A stretch of DNA of 64,000 bases from Lama glama (Eukaryota), in the NCBI GenBank assembly GCA_028534125.1, contig CM052816.1, forward strand, positions 57,538,001 through 57,602,000. Reading direction: 5' to 3'. This document shows, piece after piece, positions 38,890 through 52,354 of this stretch; position 1 is the first letter of the stretch; each line of letters opens with the position of its first letter. Position numbers and translations under genes: made by a program. The notes beneath the pieces were generated by a model. It was not told the origin of the DNA, did no database searches, and saw nothing but the letters and a program-made list of their open reading frames with translations.

Positions 38890-39110
38890 TATCATGTAAG
38901 AGCAGGGGCTCTGGAGTCAGACAGACCAGCTTAAACTGCAGTTCTGACCATGACTACCTATGGCACATCCAGGTGCAGCAATTCCTTCTATATAATGGGA
39001 TCATAAAGAGTACTGACTCTAGGACTTTCTGTAGGGACTAAGTGAAATAATGTACATGAAGCACTTGCAAAATGCCTGGTACACAGTGCCGCTAAATGTT
39101 TGCTATTGTT
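38890..39110 (+). mobile_element. MIR SINE
   Basis: taagagcaggggctctggagtcagacagacc...aagtgaaataatgtacatgaagcactt...atgcctggtacacagt. Confidence 0.75.
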
Positions 39111-40487
39111 TGCATTACAGATGACGGACGGCCTCACCAGCTTTTCCTAGGAAGGGTGACTATGAAATTATTATTACCTTTATAGCATTACAGAGTTGAC
39201 ACTTGAATTCTAAAGTAAATTGAGCTTTTATGGTTGTGCCGAAGAATCATAACGGCATGTGAGTGAGATTAGAATCAGAATTGGCAAGCCGAGTTTTTCC
39301 TCTGTCCAGGAAAATGAGCTCATTTTGTCCTAAACCAGATTCTGTTTGTCTCAAGTGCACATGAGCTGAAACCAAGGGGCCTCTGAATGGGTGAATCTTG
39401 TGGCTAATGGCAATGTGTTTGGATGTATGCGTGCATGATAATGTTAAAGATCTAGTCTCTTTGCTTCATATAACATAAAATAAAAAAGATAATTCATAAA
39501 GTTATATCTGTTCAAGACTACAAAAGTGACTCAAAATCAACGTGGGAATCATTCAAAACAGGAAAATATGACCTCATGGAGTCGGCTAGGGGCGGCTAGT
39601 CATCTTCTAAAGAAAGCCAGCCTTTGACATCATTATAAACCTTCCCTAATTTAGAATGACCATAAAGCTCAAGGAGGGAAACTTTCCTCCTTGAAGGAAA
39701 CATGCTTTATGAAAACTAAGTCTTGTCATCACATAAATCAGCCACACATGAATTTTCATTTCCTGAAAGCCTCTGTAGTGAAATCTACCTGTTAGAAAAC
39801 ATCATAATTGAATTCTAGATTTACCAAAACAAATCACTCAAGTACTAATGCAATAAGAGGGTTGTTTTACACATGAAATGGGACGTTTACATCAGATAGT
39901 AAAAATATTTTATATCCATTGGCTCATTAATCATGACTGAGCTTTATGAACCAGGTACCAGAAGCCTTTTCTAAGAAAAAATAAACACCAAGGGATCCAG
40001 GAATCAGGGCTAAGCGCTGAGAACACCACTGGAAAGTTGCACATCAGACTGAGACCTCTGTTTTCAAACCTAGGTTCCAGGGCCCTGTGATTTCCCCACC
40101 CAACTCCTGGGTAATTGGTTTCTATGACTGGGAAGAAGTCCTTGAGGTTAAATCTGTTTAGAAAGAAGCTAAGCACAGAACAGCTGTTGCTTCTGACTTC
40201 AAGGTCTATATGGATCGGACAGAGATGATCAAAAAGGAGAGGAACATCCAAAACCAAATAGAAATACAAACTCAACAGCTATCCCCAACTAAAGTGTAGT
40301 TTGCTTAGCAGAGGCGGTTAAGTAAAAGTAGAAGACTATGCTTTCTAAAAAAATGGCAATATAAGGCATATATAGTCAGTATTTTGTATGCTTCACGATG
40401 ACAATGATCAGACGGTGTTTATTAAGCTACTATGTGTGTCCAGTGCTATGATGCCTGTCATACAAATCAGTCTAAGCAGAAGGGGGT

Positions 40488-40680
40488 CCTTCTCTTACAC
40501 TTCAGAGTGCTTACAGATTGCTGCAGGTGCCTCTTAAAACACGCACTCCCAGGCACTGCCTCCAGAGGCTCTGATCCAGTAGGTCTCAAGTAGGTCTGAG
40601 AATCTTCATTTTTCTTAAAGAATCACATCAGGTGGTTCTGATACAGGTGGTCCACAGACTGCAATTTGAGAAACACTTGA
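40488..40680. mobile_element. MER5A
   Basis: ctccagaggctctgatccagtaggtctc...tctgagaatcttcattttt...caggtggttctgatacaggtggtccacagactgcaatttgagaaacact. Confidence 0.75.
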
Positions 40681-40961
40681 TTTAGCAAACACCGTAAATT
40701 ATAAACCAAATCATAACTCTACGCACTACCCATTGCAAAAGGTGGAAGACAAATAAATCCAACAATATAGTTAGTGTAACAGTTCCATGAGAAAGCCAGT
40801 ATATTTAAAAGCTGTCTGAAATCTGTTTTTAAAAACTTGCAGGCAAGTATTTAAAGGAGCTAGTTAGCCCCTACGAGGCATGAAACTGAACCTAAAACTA
40901 GTCACTTTATTTAATAAATGATATTAGTCAATACCATGCATACTGGTATGTAGTAGTAGTT

Positions 40962-41097
40962 CAGTGGTTCTCTACCTTGGATAGATGCATAGTAGAATCA
41001 TTTAGGAGCCCAACTGATCTGGACGGGGCCCAGGCATGGGCATGTTTATAAAACCGCTTAGGTGACTGTGATGTGCAGATAGGGTTGAGATTCACTG
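40962..41097. mobile_element. MER5-type element with intact TIRs
   Basis: TIRs cagtggttctctacc ... ggttgagattcactg; internal agaatcatttaggagc...ggggcccaggcat...ggtgactgtgatgtgcag. Confidence 0.75.
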
Positions 41098-41126
41098 TCC
41101 ACCTCCTGTACCCATCCCTACTATGT

Positions 41127-41152
41127 CACACACACACACACACACACACACA
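41127..41152. repeat. (CA)n microsatellite followed by poly(A)
   Basis: Seen directly. Confidence 0.95.
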
Positions 41153-42119
41153 GTTCTAAAAAAAAAAAAAAGGTAGGTAAGGAAACTATTTTACAGAGAG
41201 ATTAAGCAATTTGTCCAGGCCGTAAATCAGAGATAGCCTCCAATGTCAGAAAATTAGCAAAATTGTCAGGGGAAGTGAAAATACTGATTGAGAAGAGATT
41301 GTGAAATCAAGCTGCTACTGGTTTCCATGCAGCCCAGGAGGTGAAAAAATCTGCACTAAACAAAGGGAATTGCAGAAAAGACTATCTCATGGGAGTCAAA
41401 AGTTTCAAAAAAGAAATGTTTTCCTTTGCTGAAAAGGGGTAGAAAAGTACTAGAAACTATTCCAAGGAGGCAAATTAACTTGCTTTCTCTGGTGAGTAGA
41501 AACAAGGTGGTTAAGGCTTGTATGATATTCAGAGGTACCTGCCACCTTCTGCCTTTCTCCCCATCAGAGCCTCTGGCAGTCCTTGTTCATTGCTAACAGC
41601 ACTCTCTCCCCTGGAGGCTAGGCCCAGCCTCAAAGCACTTCTTAAGACAGCATTCACCCACCAGGGCATCGTATCGGGCACGTGAGTTGGAATCTGTCTG
41701 CCTTCTCTGGCATCATGAGGAAAGTAAACTCTGTACTCAGACCTTACTTTGAGTGCCAGCTTTGCCCAATCCTAGCTATGTGGTCTTGGGCAAGTTCCCC
41801 TCTAAGTTAAGTAGAAGCAAAATAAATGCCCATCTTGTAGTGCTATGTAAGTTAAGCAACAAATGGAGTGTCTGGCAAATAGTAGGCCTTAACTACCAAA
41901 TGGTAGCTAGAACTATAGGTTGTCTGTAAAGTCATGGGAGTGAACATAAGCACTCCCATTAAATAAAAGCCCTGGTCCTTCTCTGTCAGTTATACTTATT
42001 CACCTAGAGAATTATAGAGGCCCAGGGGGTTGTAAGCTAATAAGCAGTGGTTATTTGTGGGTGTTTATCAATTTGCTTTGATTTTCCCAAGTTAAAGGAT
42101 GAGGAGATTAAAATTCAAT

Positions 42120-42538
42120 TTTTTTAACATTTTTTATTGATTTATAATCATTTTACAATGTTGTGTCAAATTCCAGTGTTCAGCACAATTTTTCAGTCAT
42201 TCATGGACATATACACACTCATTGTCACATTTTTTTCTCTGTGATTTATCATAACATTTTGTGTATATTTCCCTGTGCTATACAGTGTAATCTTGTTTAT
42301 CTATTCTACAATTTNNNNNNNNNNNNNNNNNNNNNNNNNNNNNNNNNNNNNNNNNNNNNNNNNNNNNNNNNNNNNNNNNNNNNNNNNNNNNNNNNNNNNN
42401 NNNNNNNNNNNNNNGATGACATTCTCTAGGAGCATCCATGTTGCTGCAAATGGCGTTATGTTGTCGGTTTTTATGGCTGAGTAGTATTCCATTGTATAAA
42501 TATACCACATCTTCTTTATCCAGTCACCTATTGATGGA
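42120..42538 (-). mobile_element. Young camelid-type L1 3' end (second subfamily), containing a 100-N gap (42315-42414)
   Basis: ORF 42301..42510(-) reads [32 protein letters not shown] (ORF2 C-terminus). 10-bp TSD aaaattcaat at 42110-42119 and 42539-42548. Homologous to 60825-61204. Confidence 0.9.
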
Positions 42539-44769
42539 AAAATTCAATATTTTAAATACCGTTCTATGTGAGGAACCTCATAAGGGAACACTTTGGGTCC
42601 TTTAAAAGTTAGACCTGCTATCACTGGCAAGGAGCACAGAACCTGATGTAAAGCAAGTAAAATAAACACAGCATCTTTATATGTTATGTGCTACAGAGTC
42701 AAGGTAAATTCTCATGGAACAAAAATAAGTGAAGAGAAATAATTAAGCATACAAAATGATATTTTTTTCTTTAAAAGGGTTATTATGCGCTGTGTGGTGC
42801 TGGCCTCCCTGGAGGTGCTGGCCACCCATGGCCTTGGGCCTCTCTGCTGCCAAGATCTGGGAGCTTTTGTGGAAAGGCTGGGGTTTTGGTAGGTGTTTGA
42901 AAGAGAATAGAGCTGGCAGATGCTCAGAAATCAATGGGTTTTAAACCTGCACAGAATGCACTTTCTTTTCCTGCAGATATAAGAGAGAGGATTTTATTTT
43001 AGAGAAGGATTTGTGGTTTGAATTAGAATAGCACTATTGTGACAAAGTTGGCTTTCAGTCTAAGTGATACATTTACTGAAAATTCTGTCTGTGCCTTCAG
43101 TGGGAGCTCATAGTAAGTTATGGCTTACTACTATATTTTGAAAATAACTCCATAAGCACTAAGAGAGCATAAGTTCTTTACAGTGATATTGACTTAAATG
43201 TCATTTTCTATCAGGGTAGGAATTATGATGATTTAGATTTGGTTTCCTGGATGAATGCTGGAGGTAGTTTGTTAGTATAGCAATAGAGTTTTGGATGGTT
43301 CTACGGTTTCATGGGAAAAAAATAGGTATTTGGTCACATTTGGACTATAACCTTGAAGTGTTTAGAAATATGCTGAGAAATTTGGACCAAATTTTCTAAA
43401 ACAGTGTATGTTTCTCTCTCATAAATCTACCTTTCAAAAGGTGAAGTAAAATGTCACATTGTGTAGATCAGAGATTATTCATTTGGAAAGTTTATGAGAT
43501 GATGTGGTACAGGCAATGAATAGGATTAAGTATTCAATGACACCCAGAGAAACATCAAAGAGAATCAAACCAGGGATTTCAGAATATCTAATAGATCTTC
43601 AAACCTATCAGTTTCTTTCAAGCTCTAAAAATGCATGGGTTGCAGGACCTGACAAATATTAATAATGGCATCCAAGGCCATTTCTGCTTGAATTCTCATA
43701 ACCTGAAAGTTGGATTGGGAATGGGCAGAGCATGCAAGGCTTAATTGGAAATGTTTAAACAAAAAAGTGCCTAGAAACCTCAATATATTTAGAATAATAC
43801 TTTGCTCATTAAGAAATTAATGAAGTGCCGACAATTATATCATCAAGACTTCAAGGACTCTTCAGAGAAAACAAAGCTAAGTAATGGCTTTTTTAAGTTG
43901 CAAAGACAGAAGCCAGGAAACGCTATGTTTGAACATTTGACCCATAAATTCTAAGGAAACTAAAAGAAAACAAAAGCTAGTTGGTAATGAATTCATTGAA
44001 GAGACAAACATTCAGAAATAGGGTGTGAATCACTCAAATTAGGGACATCAAGAGGCAAGTAGATTACAGTATTCCGGGTATTTTGCTGCCTTCTTAAACT
44101 TGTCTTTATTATTTTATTTGGGTTGGTATATTTATTATTTCCAATGTTATTGGATTTTTTTCTCAATTCTTTGTAACTTTTTAATGAAACTAATACATCA
44201 GGTTGTAATTCAATCTGGGAAATAAATAGACAATAAAATATTTTCTGTCATTTTAATAGTAAAATATATTTTTGGGGGATGGGAGAGGGAGTAGTAATAA
44301 ACAAAGGAAATAAATTACATACTGCTGGTCCTAAATTATCCTTTCATAGTTTACTGTGTATCTCTTTATATTTAAAATTTTGAATTTTCTTTGTTTTCAA
44401 AAACTAATTGACAATGGAAATTTCTTTTAAACATTTCCGTATGCATTTCTGTCCCATAATTAAATCTACTGCTGACGTTATGTTCCACTACATAAATCAG
44501 ATTTGTCCCTATTTCAAGAACCTTGCAAAATGTTTATAAAGCAATAATTGGTAAAAAAGATTAGCCAAATCATTGTTAGCAAAATAAAATCTGGTGAATG
44601 TCTAGTTGTTCAGATAATACCAGAGAGCTGAGAGCCAGTGCTTTGGCCATAAGGACATCAGACTTAAGTAGAACAATTCAGGCCTCTAATATTTCCAAAT
44701 GCTCTGCCCATCTTTAACTCTGCATAACTTCTGGATTAAGTGGACAGCCAGCATGTTCTATCCTAAGTA

Positions 44770-44923
44770 TGGTTGTCTCTTGATGTCTGCGGGGTATTGG
44801 TTTCAGGATGCCCTACAGATACCAATATTCCCCAATGCTCAAGTCCTTTATATAAAATGGTGTGGGAGGGTCAGCCCTCCATATCCATAGGTGTGGAATC
44901 CATAGATATGAAGGGCTGACGGT
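44770..44923. mobile_element. MER2-related short Tigger MITE
   Basis: ctgcggggtattggtttcaggatgccctacagataccaa...atgctcaagtcctttatataaaatggtgt (MER2 left end) and ggaatccatagatatgaagggctgac (right TIR). Confidence 0.75.
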
Positions 44924-45854
44924 GCAGTCCTTCTCGGCTGCTTTGTGGCGCTCAATGAAAAAAACCTGGCAATTATGACCGGAGGGGAGGAGTAGAAACT
45001 TTTAAACTCTCAAATTTTAAAAAGCCACATTTAGAAGTGTTATATTGGCTTTCATTTTCAAAGAGGACATGTTCTAGGGCAATTCCTCAGCCTGTTAAGT
45101 TACAGAGCTGCTGCTAATGCTGGCTGGCTAACCCTTCAGTGGGAACTCAGAGAGCAGCGAGCTTGTCCTCTGTGGTTTGTTCTCATGAATTCTTCTTTCC
45201 GAGTAGCTCAGCCTGTAATGGAAAACAACAACAACAACAACAAATGAACATCTTTACAAAACAGGTGAGGATTATGCATGTGATAAACAGAAGAGGTTAA
45301 AAACAGGCTCATTCTTCCAGTCTATTGGCTGAATTAGCTTATTTCACTGGCTCCTTGGGTATCCTTTTGTAGTTTTTCTGTGAAAAAAACTCTTCGTATC
45401 TCTTAAAAAATCTGCTGTGTCCCCTATTCATTACTATGGATGTAATCTTAATCCACATTGCCTGATAAAGTGGAAGCCTATGATCCTTGCTACCTCCATT
45501 CCCTACCACTGTCCTGTGGATCCTGAAAGCTGTCTCTGAAATTCATCCTGGTCCTCTGTCCCTGCTGACAAAGTCTTGTTTCAGGCCAAGCAGCATTAAC
45601 CTGAATTTGTGCGCTATTCTGTTGACTCTCTTCCTTTTCTTGATCTCTTTACTTGGTTCCTTGGAGGATCTGCGTTTAAAAGTTCTAGTGAAAAGGCATT
45701 CTGGACTGTCACTACTTAGGCTCCAATCTACCTCTCTAGCTTCCTCAGAGATATACTACTTACCTCTTTGTATCAGCCTCAAAGCATGGAAGAATTTGGG
45801 AGGAATTTAGGCTTTGGGGGCAGATCAGATGTCTAAATCTGACTCAGCATCTTA

Positions 45855-45985
45855 TTCAATGAGTAACCATGGACCAGTTATTAACCATTTCATAAAGTGT
45901 TTTGGGTGCTGGGGGTCAGGGTTTCTATAATGAACAAAATAGACCAGGTCCCTGCTCTCATGGAGTGTATGGTCTAGTGGAATCA
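45855..45985 (-). mobile_element. L2 3' fragment
   Basis: gggtgctgggg...aatgaacaaaatagaccaggtccctgctctcatggagtgtatggtctagtgg. Confidence 0.75.
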
Positions 45986-46013
45986 CTAAGTACCATGTTT
46001 CTAATAGGCAAGT

Positions 46014-46505
46014 TGTGTCAGAGACCATTAGCTGCCTACCAAATATCCATTCCCCCACCTCCTAGATGGCAGTATGTTCTGCTGAAAAGACCAAAGTTCC
46101 CACATTCCCTTGCTGCTTGAGATGGTCAGTGGGATGTAACTGAAAGTCGCTGAGTGGAACTTCTGGGAAATCTATTTAAAATGGGGCTGACTCAGTGGGA
46201 AAACACTTCCATTTGCAATCTTCTCCTTCCTTTTTCTTCCTGGTTAGAATACAGATATGATGGTTGGAGATCCAGCAGCTATCTTGGACAGTGAAGCGGA
46301 TTTGAAGATGGAAGTCATTTGCTATGGAGGGTAGAACACAATGATAGGAGACAACCAGGTTACTGATGACTGTGGAGCCTCCATATCAGGCTTGGATTGC
46401 TGTCTTTGGACTTCTATGGGAGAGAAAATACAGTAAGTCTCTATCTCATTCAAATTTTCTTGAATCTTCTGTTTGTGTAGTTGAACCCAAGCCTAAATTA
46501 TAGAC
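46014..46505 (+). mobile_element. MaLR solo LTR (MLT1J-like)
   Basis: tgtgtcagagacc...gctgcctaccaaatatccattccc...tgatggttggagatccagcagctatcttggac...ctgatgactgtggagc...tggacttct. Confidence 0.8.
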
Positions 46506-47288
46506 GATATAACTATACACAATCACCATTGAATGAGAGATTTGGAAATCACAACTTTAAGGTGTTAAGTAACAAATCACTTAACTGTAATCTTGATAAT
46601 CATCTCTTGTTCTATTATCATTTAAAAATCACAGTGATGATGATAATGTCTAATAGTAAGATAATATTTATGTAAATAAATCTTGCCTTAACAAAATCTA
46701 CCTTAAATCAATCCTCAAGCCATCTAAAAATTGAGAACAAACTTACAACAGTGTGTCTCATTCCTACTTCAAATTGGTCTTAGTTCTCTCTATGTAAATT
46801 CTGAGTTTTCATTTTTATTTCAGTTTCTGACTATGGCCCAGGAATTCCAGATACTTAACATACATGCCACTGCTGCCCAATCCTGTGTCCATGTCAGATA
46901 TTAATTATTGATTATTACATTTTCTCTGTCACAGCATCATTTTCATAAACCCTTCTAAATGTAGTTCCAGGCAGCTCCTACTATTGGATCAGAATTGGCA
47001 GCAGACATACATTTATTGTAAGCCACTTTCAATAACTTTGAAAATGTTGAGCAGGGTTGAATATGACGTTAATTTTTTTCTTTAAATTGAAATAATAGTG
47101 AGGAGTTTTCTTTGAGTATCATCATAAACTAAAAGAACTTCTAGTTCATTGAGTGGACTTTGATTTTATATCTTAGGTTTTAAGGAAAGACAAATGGGGA
47201 CATATTTTGCTTCTAGTAGTTCTGATATTAGTATATATTAGTGAGCTTTAGGGAGTAAGCAACATTTATTTGAGTACCTAGTGGTTTT

Positions 47289-47852
47289 TAAAATTTTATT
47301 TTTCATTTTTAAATTTTTTGAAGTATAGTTGATTTACAATATTGTGTTAGTTTCTGGTACCTAGCATAATGATTCAGTTATACATACATATTATTTTTCA
47401 TTATAAGTTATTGCAAGCTTTTGAATATAATTCCCTATGCCATACAGTAGGACCTTGTTGTTTATCTATTCTGTATATAGTAGTTTGTATCTGCTAATCC
47501 CAGACCCTTAATTTATCTCTCCCTTCCCCTCTAGTAACCATAGTTTATTTTCTATGTCAGTGAGTCTATTTCTGATTTATAAATAAGTTCATTTATATCA
47601 TTTTTTTTAGGTTCCACATATAAGTCATAGCATATGGTATTTGTCTTTCTCTGTCTGACTTAAGTCGCTTAGAATGATTAATCTCTAGGTCCATCCATGT
47701 TGTTGCAGATGGTATTATTTCATTCTTTTTTATGGCTGAGTAGTATTTTATATATATTATATATATCTTCTTTATCCAGTCATCTGTTGATGGACATTTT
47801 GGTTGCTTCCGTGTCTTGGCTATTATAAATAGTGCTTCTATGAACACTGGGA
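47289..47852 (-). mobile_element. Camelid-type L1 3' end inserted in an L2 fragment
   Basis: ORF 47593..47859(-) contains [28 protein letters not shown]. Degenerate TSD tgagtacctagtggtttt (47271-47288) / tgagcacctactgttttt (47853-47870). Confidence 0.9.
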
Positions 47853-48077
47853 TGAGCACCTACTGTTTTTTAAAGCATTAAATAATGAAGATGTAGAGAG
47901 AAAGTGGGAAATACAGTGGTCTTTTCCCCCCAAGGATTTATAATCTAATAAGAGATATAGGATAAATCCAAAATTTTAAATGTACAGATATTAACAGTAA
48001 CAGCTAATGGTGTGCCACAGATCTTCTGGGAAGAGAAACTTAAATTTCTAAATGCTACCTCTGTCATAATCATTGAA

Positions 48078-48870
48078 ATAATAATAGCTAACACTGCATG
48101 AGGACTTCTATGTGATAGGGCCCGTATGCTATGGCTTTTCTATAGATAGTAGGGGCTGCATGGCTCATTCAGAGTCCTCCTTCCCAGGACCTCCCTCTAG
48201 ACACACAAAGGTGGACTCACAGTGCCATGTGCCCTACATGACTGTTAGGGCCTCTCCTCATCCCATGATTGGTTTGCCCAGTTGATTGACCTGATCCAAG
48301 CTGAGCCAATGAAATTCCTCTCCTTGGAATCTGCATTGGAAATGAAGAGGCCAGGGGCTGTAACCACTGAAACTGAGCCACATATCTGCATGTTCCAGAA
48401 AGAATGGGCACCACTGCTAGTGCTGGGATCCCAGAATGGTACTAGTTCCTGCGCTCTCAGAAATTTACCAAGCTTGAAACCATTAAGAACTATAAGGATG
48501 TCAGTATGTGATATGAGCATTTTAACTCATGCTTTCTTCCCTTCCTTCTTGAACACTGAGGTACCCCAGTATTTCGATAAATACTCTACTTCTCTTCCTC
48601 ACTTTCTTTTTCTTCTTCCCTTCTTCCTTCCTAGCCAGAATCAAATGCAAATCAGAATCAGATTTGCAATGAAATAACTTTTACTAATACAGATGTGTTA
48701 TTTTCTTTCATTCTCACCATGATGCTAGGAGGAGATAGTGTGTCTCCAGTGGTCAAATAAGGACATGAAGGCTAGGCGAGACTACAGAATTTGATGCAAG
48801 ATCACCCTCTGTTAGGTGGCAGAGCCAGGATGCAGTCCTAGCTAGACCTATGTGATTCTAGAGCCAGGAT
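48078..48870 (-). mobile_element. MIR split by an MLT1 LTR (MIR parts ~48078-48148 and ~48692-48870)
   Basis: ataatagctaacact...ctatgtgatagg... resumes ttcattctcaccat...caagatcac...ttaggtggcagagccaggat...tgtgattctagagcc. Confidence 0.6.
48149..48691 (+). mobile_element. MaLR solo LTR (MLT1K/L-like)
   Basis: tgattggttt...tgacctgatccaagctgagccaatgaaattcctctccttggaat...aataaactt-like end ttgcaatgaaataacttttactaataca. Confidence 0.65.
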
Positions 48871-51211
48871 TTCAGGAAAATGTTTGGTCCTACAGGTGGT
48901 GAAGCAGCATTTTCCCATCCTTTATCTTCTAGAAGATCAATAGATTGCCTTCAGATAGCCATGGTTCTGGATACAGCATTATTGGAGCTCAGGAAAAGCA
49001 ACTCCCTAAAATGTGCTTCATCTTTCTTTTTTGGCCTCACTGTCACTGGGGCACTTGCCTTCAAATACAGCAAAACCCATGCATGTGATAGCACGTAGTT
49101 TTTGCTGTATGTGATATAGCAGGTGATATCTTTGTGCTGTATTTGATAGAGCAGACAAAGATGATAGCAAAACCAATAATCTCTTCCATCAGTATCCTCT
49201 TTCTATAGTTTTCTTGACTATCCCCTAGACATGCCCTCTTCTTTCTTAAAATGTAGCTTAAGACATACTTCCAAGAAGATTTTCTTAATTGATTTTTTCC
49301 ATACTTTAATTAAAAGTTTTTAACAGAGGTTGAAATGAAAGGGTAAAAAATGATGCTCATGCTGAAATCTTGATGCATTGTATCCTGGGTATCTTCCTTT
49401 TTTGGAGTGGGGTGTATCCTCCTTTGCCCCTCCAGGATTGGTTTCTCTGCCTGTTCTCTGGCCGGGGGGTTGACCTGCTTGGAACACAAAAGGGGGCTTC
49501 ATTTCGTCTCGGCCAATGAGAGACGGGGAGCAGTAGTTTAGAGAGAGGAAGGAGATGGAGATTGAGGTATTATTCCCTCCTTCCTCCCTATGGGGGCACA
49601 TCAGGCTGGCTGTTTCTCTGGACTTAAAGTCATTTCTTCTCTTACATTATGCTTCTCCTCACCACTTATTTTGGGTTCCAGTAGCTGCTCCTTCCCCTCT
49701 CTCCTGCAGCTCTAGGAGTGGTAGCAGCTCCACTGTTCCTTGCCTGGGGGTTCTGCACTATCCCTTACAGTTTCCTGTGTCCTGCCTGCTTCCTTAAATA
49801 GTCCCTCCTTGGATCCTCCTAACAGTGTACTTCTCTTTCCTGCTGGGCTCCTGAGTGATGCTAATTCCAAGTGTTTCTCCCAAATAGTCCTTCTTGTGGT
49901 CTCTTGTCCTGCACTTTCATTGACATGCAAACCTGTTCTGTGGTCGGTAGTCTCTGGAAGAGCCCAGTCATTCAAATCCAACCATTAAACGTGTTATTCA
50001 ACAGGCAGTCACTCTGTAGATACATATCGTATTAGGCCAACCAGGAATCACAAATTCACTTTTAGAGAGAAGACAAGGTTGGTGAGTGTGATTTACAGAA
50101 GGCATTCGTTATACTCCCTTTCTACTCCTGCTCCCTTAATGGTATCACTGTGTGCATTTTCAGGGGACACCACATGTCTCTGTGTAAAAAAACCAGAGGA
50201 GCTGTAGATGGACAAGCACTTATTGGGTATGTTCTGAAAATCCCATTCAATTTAAGTTCCTCAGGCTACCTGGAAAAATATGCATGACTCTCAAATTTGA
50301 GGGCAAAATGAGACTTCCATCACAGAGCTCTCACCAAATTAGATGTCACAACTCATACCTAACATTTTTACAGTCATATTAGAACTGACCTGATAGTTAG
50401 AGGCTAACATGGCTTTTTTTTCTTCTATTTTTTTTCATACTTGCCAACCTACAGTTAAAAATCTGGATACTCAGAAGGTCAGACAAGATCGTCCTGTGGT
50501 AACTTCCTGTGCACAATGACTGTCTGAATTTAGTTGTGTTGCCCACAGTGGGGATAATTTGGTTGTCCATGAACATTGGATTCTGAGAAATGCTATTGAT
50601 AATGAGACTCACTTATGATGATTTGATTACAATTTAGGGTATAGCTAGCTTGATGAAGACTTATTCAGATTTTGCAACTGAATAATTTACTTTCTCTATT
50701 AGGGAGAAAAATTCATGGCACAGTAAGCTGATTGAACCACAAACACAAATGCCCTGAATAGGGTAGAGAATTCATGCAGAAAATACACCAACAAGAAGTC
50801 ATTGCTCTTTTGCTGACAAGGGTTGGAAGGTACACTTGATCATAGTACAGCAGATACTGCCTGGCCTGAGAACATGGGCTTCAGGAAGGAGTCAGACAGA
50901 GCTTAATTTTTTCCTGGCTGAAGTTCTTGCATATGCAGTAGAATTTCCCCTTAATTTATTACACAACATCATTTTCTCTGCATGCTATTTCTTCTGCCAG
51001 ATCACCTTGTCTTCGTATGACTGTCTCAAAAGGCTGTTCCCAATTTCTAAAATCATATGTAGATCAGCATTCACAAATAGCCGTCTTCTGTCTTCCTCAG
51101 TATTGGGACCCACCTCTGGAGTCCTCACCAGGACAGTTGCTCTAAACAATTAAAGAAAAAGAAATGGAGATTTTAGAGATTCTGCTGGCTCAGAATTGAG
51201 AGGAAGGAAGA

Positions 51212-51625
51212 TGTTTGGCAGGTCAGGCTTCCTTCAAGGTGACTCTGAGATGGTGACTCGGGTAGAGTATGTTTATGGGGGAGCGAGGGAAGCAGGATCA
51301 GGCAGAGGGATGCTGGGCTGTGATACAGCCACAACAGATGCTGCAGCCAGCCCCATGGTGAAGCTCTGGAGCTGAGCTGGCCTTGCAGAATCATCCCTGC
51401 TTGGGGCAAAGAGGCAAAGCTTTTATACTGTTGTGTACCCGTGAGAAAAGCTATTTCCCAGGCTGGCCCCAGGGAGTTGGGGGTGTGGCCTTGGGTTAGG
51501 CAGCTGTCTTCGGTTTAGGCAGCCACTGGTATGAGGGCTCAGCTGTGAGCTAGCAACATCCAACAATCAACACTGCCAGCAGCTGTGGGAATGAGTGCTT
51601 CCACCCTGAGGGGTGGTTAGCAGCA
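51212..51625 (-). mobile_element. LTR33-like ERVL solo LTR
   Basis: gactctgagatgg...gggaagcaggatcaggcagaggga...cagccagccccatggtgaagctctggagctg...gtggccttgggttaggcagct...cagcagctgtgggaatgagtgc. Confidence 0.75.
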
Positions 51626-52129
51626 TGACTGCTGGGAGCTGATCCCATTTGTTCCCTTTGGTCAAAGTCTCCTGTCTCTGCCTAGCTGCTCCAGTACTTA
51701 GCTAGGAATGTGAACAAGTAGAGAGCTATGGGGTTAGAAAATATTCTCTTTCTTTTTAAAATATGCAAGAATTTTCTAAGATGATCACTTTAAAGTGCAG
51801 ATGATCTTTGTGTGTTCAAAATACAACTTGACCTACCAAGTATATTTTCATAAAGAGAACATTCCCGGGGACACCCCATTACGTAAGGCTGAATGCATGG
51901 GAATATGGACGCAGATTGTGAATATTTCACAGCGGTCTTCTCCAGAGGATTTTAGCTTCCAGTGAGGTCAACCGTACCCTTCTCCAGAGGTAGCTCAAAG
52001 TCTGGCCCGTGGAAAGTTACTGCTCTTGGATTAATAAAGTTGAAAATTCACTTTTTTGGGTTTTAACTATTTTTGAAAAAAATCTCACTTTTCTACCATA
52101 GAAAGTAAAAGCACAGAGGGCCTTTCCTT

Positions 52130-52345
52130 CAGAGGCAGCCTGGGGTTATGAAGTGAACATGGCTTTGGAGTCAGAAACCTGTTTCCCTAACCTGGGTCTC
52201 CTATCTGTTAGCTCTGTGACCCCCTAAACAAATTCCTTATCGTCTCTGGGTTCTAGTATCCTCAACTTATGAGATGAGTTGTGGTGAAGATTGGGTTAAT
52301 AGACAAGAAAAGTCTTTGTAAATTGCCGTGTACAGCTCAAATGTC
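52130..52345 (+). mobile_element. MIR SINE
   Basis: aacatggctttggagtcagaaacctg...tagctctgtgacc...gttgtggtgaagatt...aaagtctttgtaaattg. Confidence 0.65.
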
Positions 52346-52354
52346 TTGTTACAC

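Noticed and set aside
49505..49525. cgtctc...gagacg mini-hairpin around a CCAAT box
   Set aside because: A 6-bp stem is expected by chance; no promoter context.
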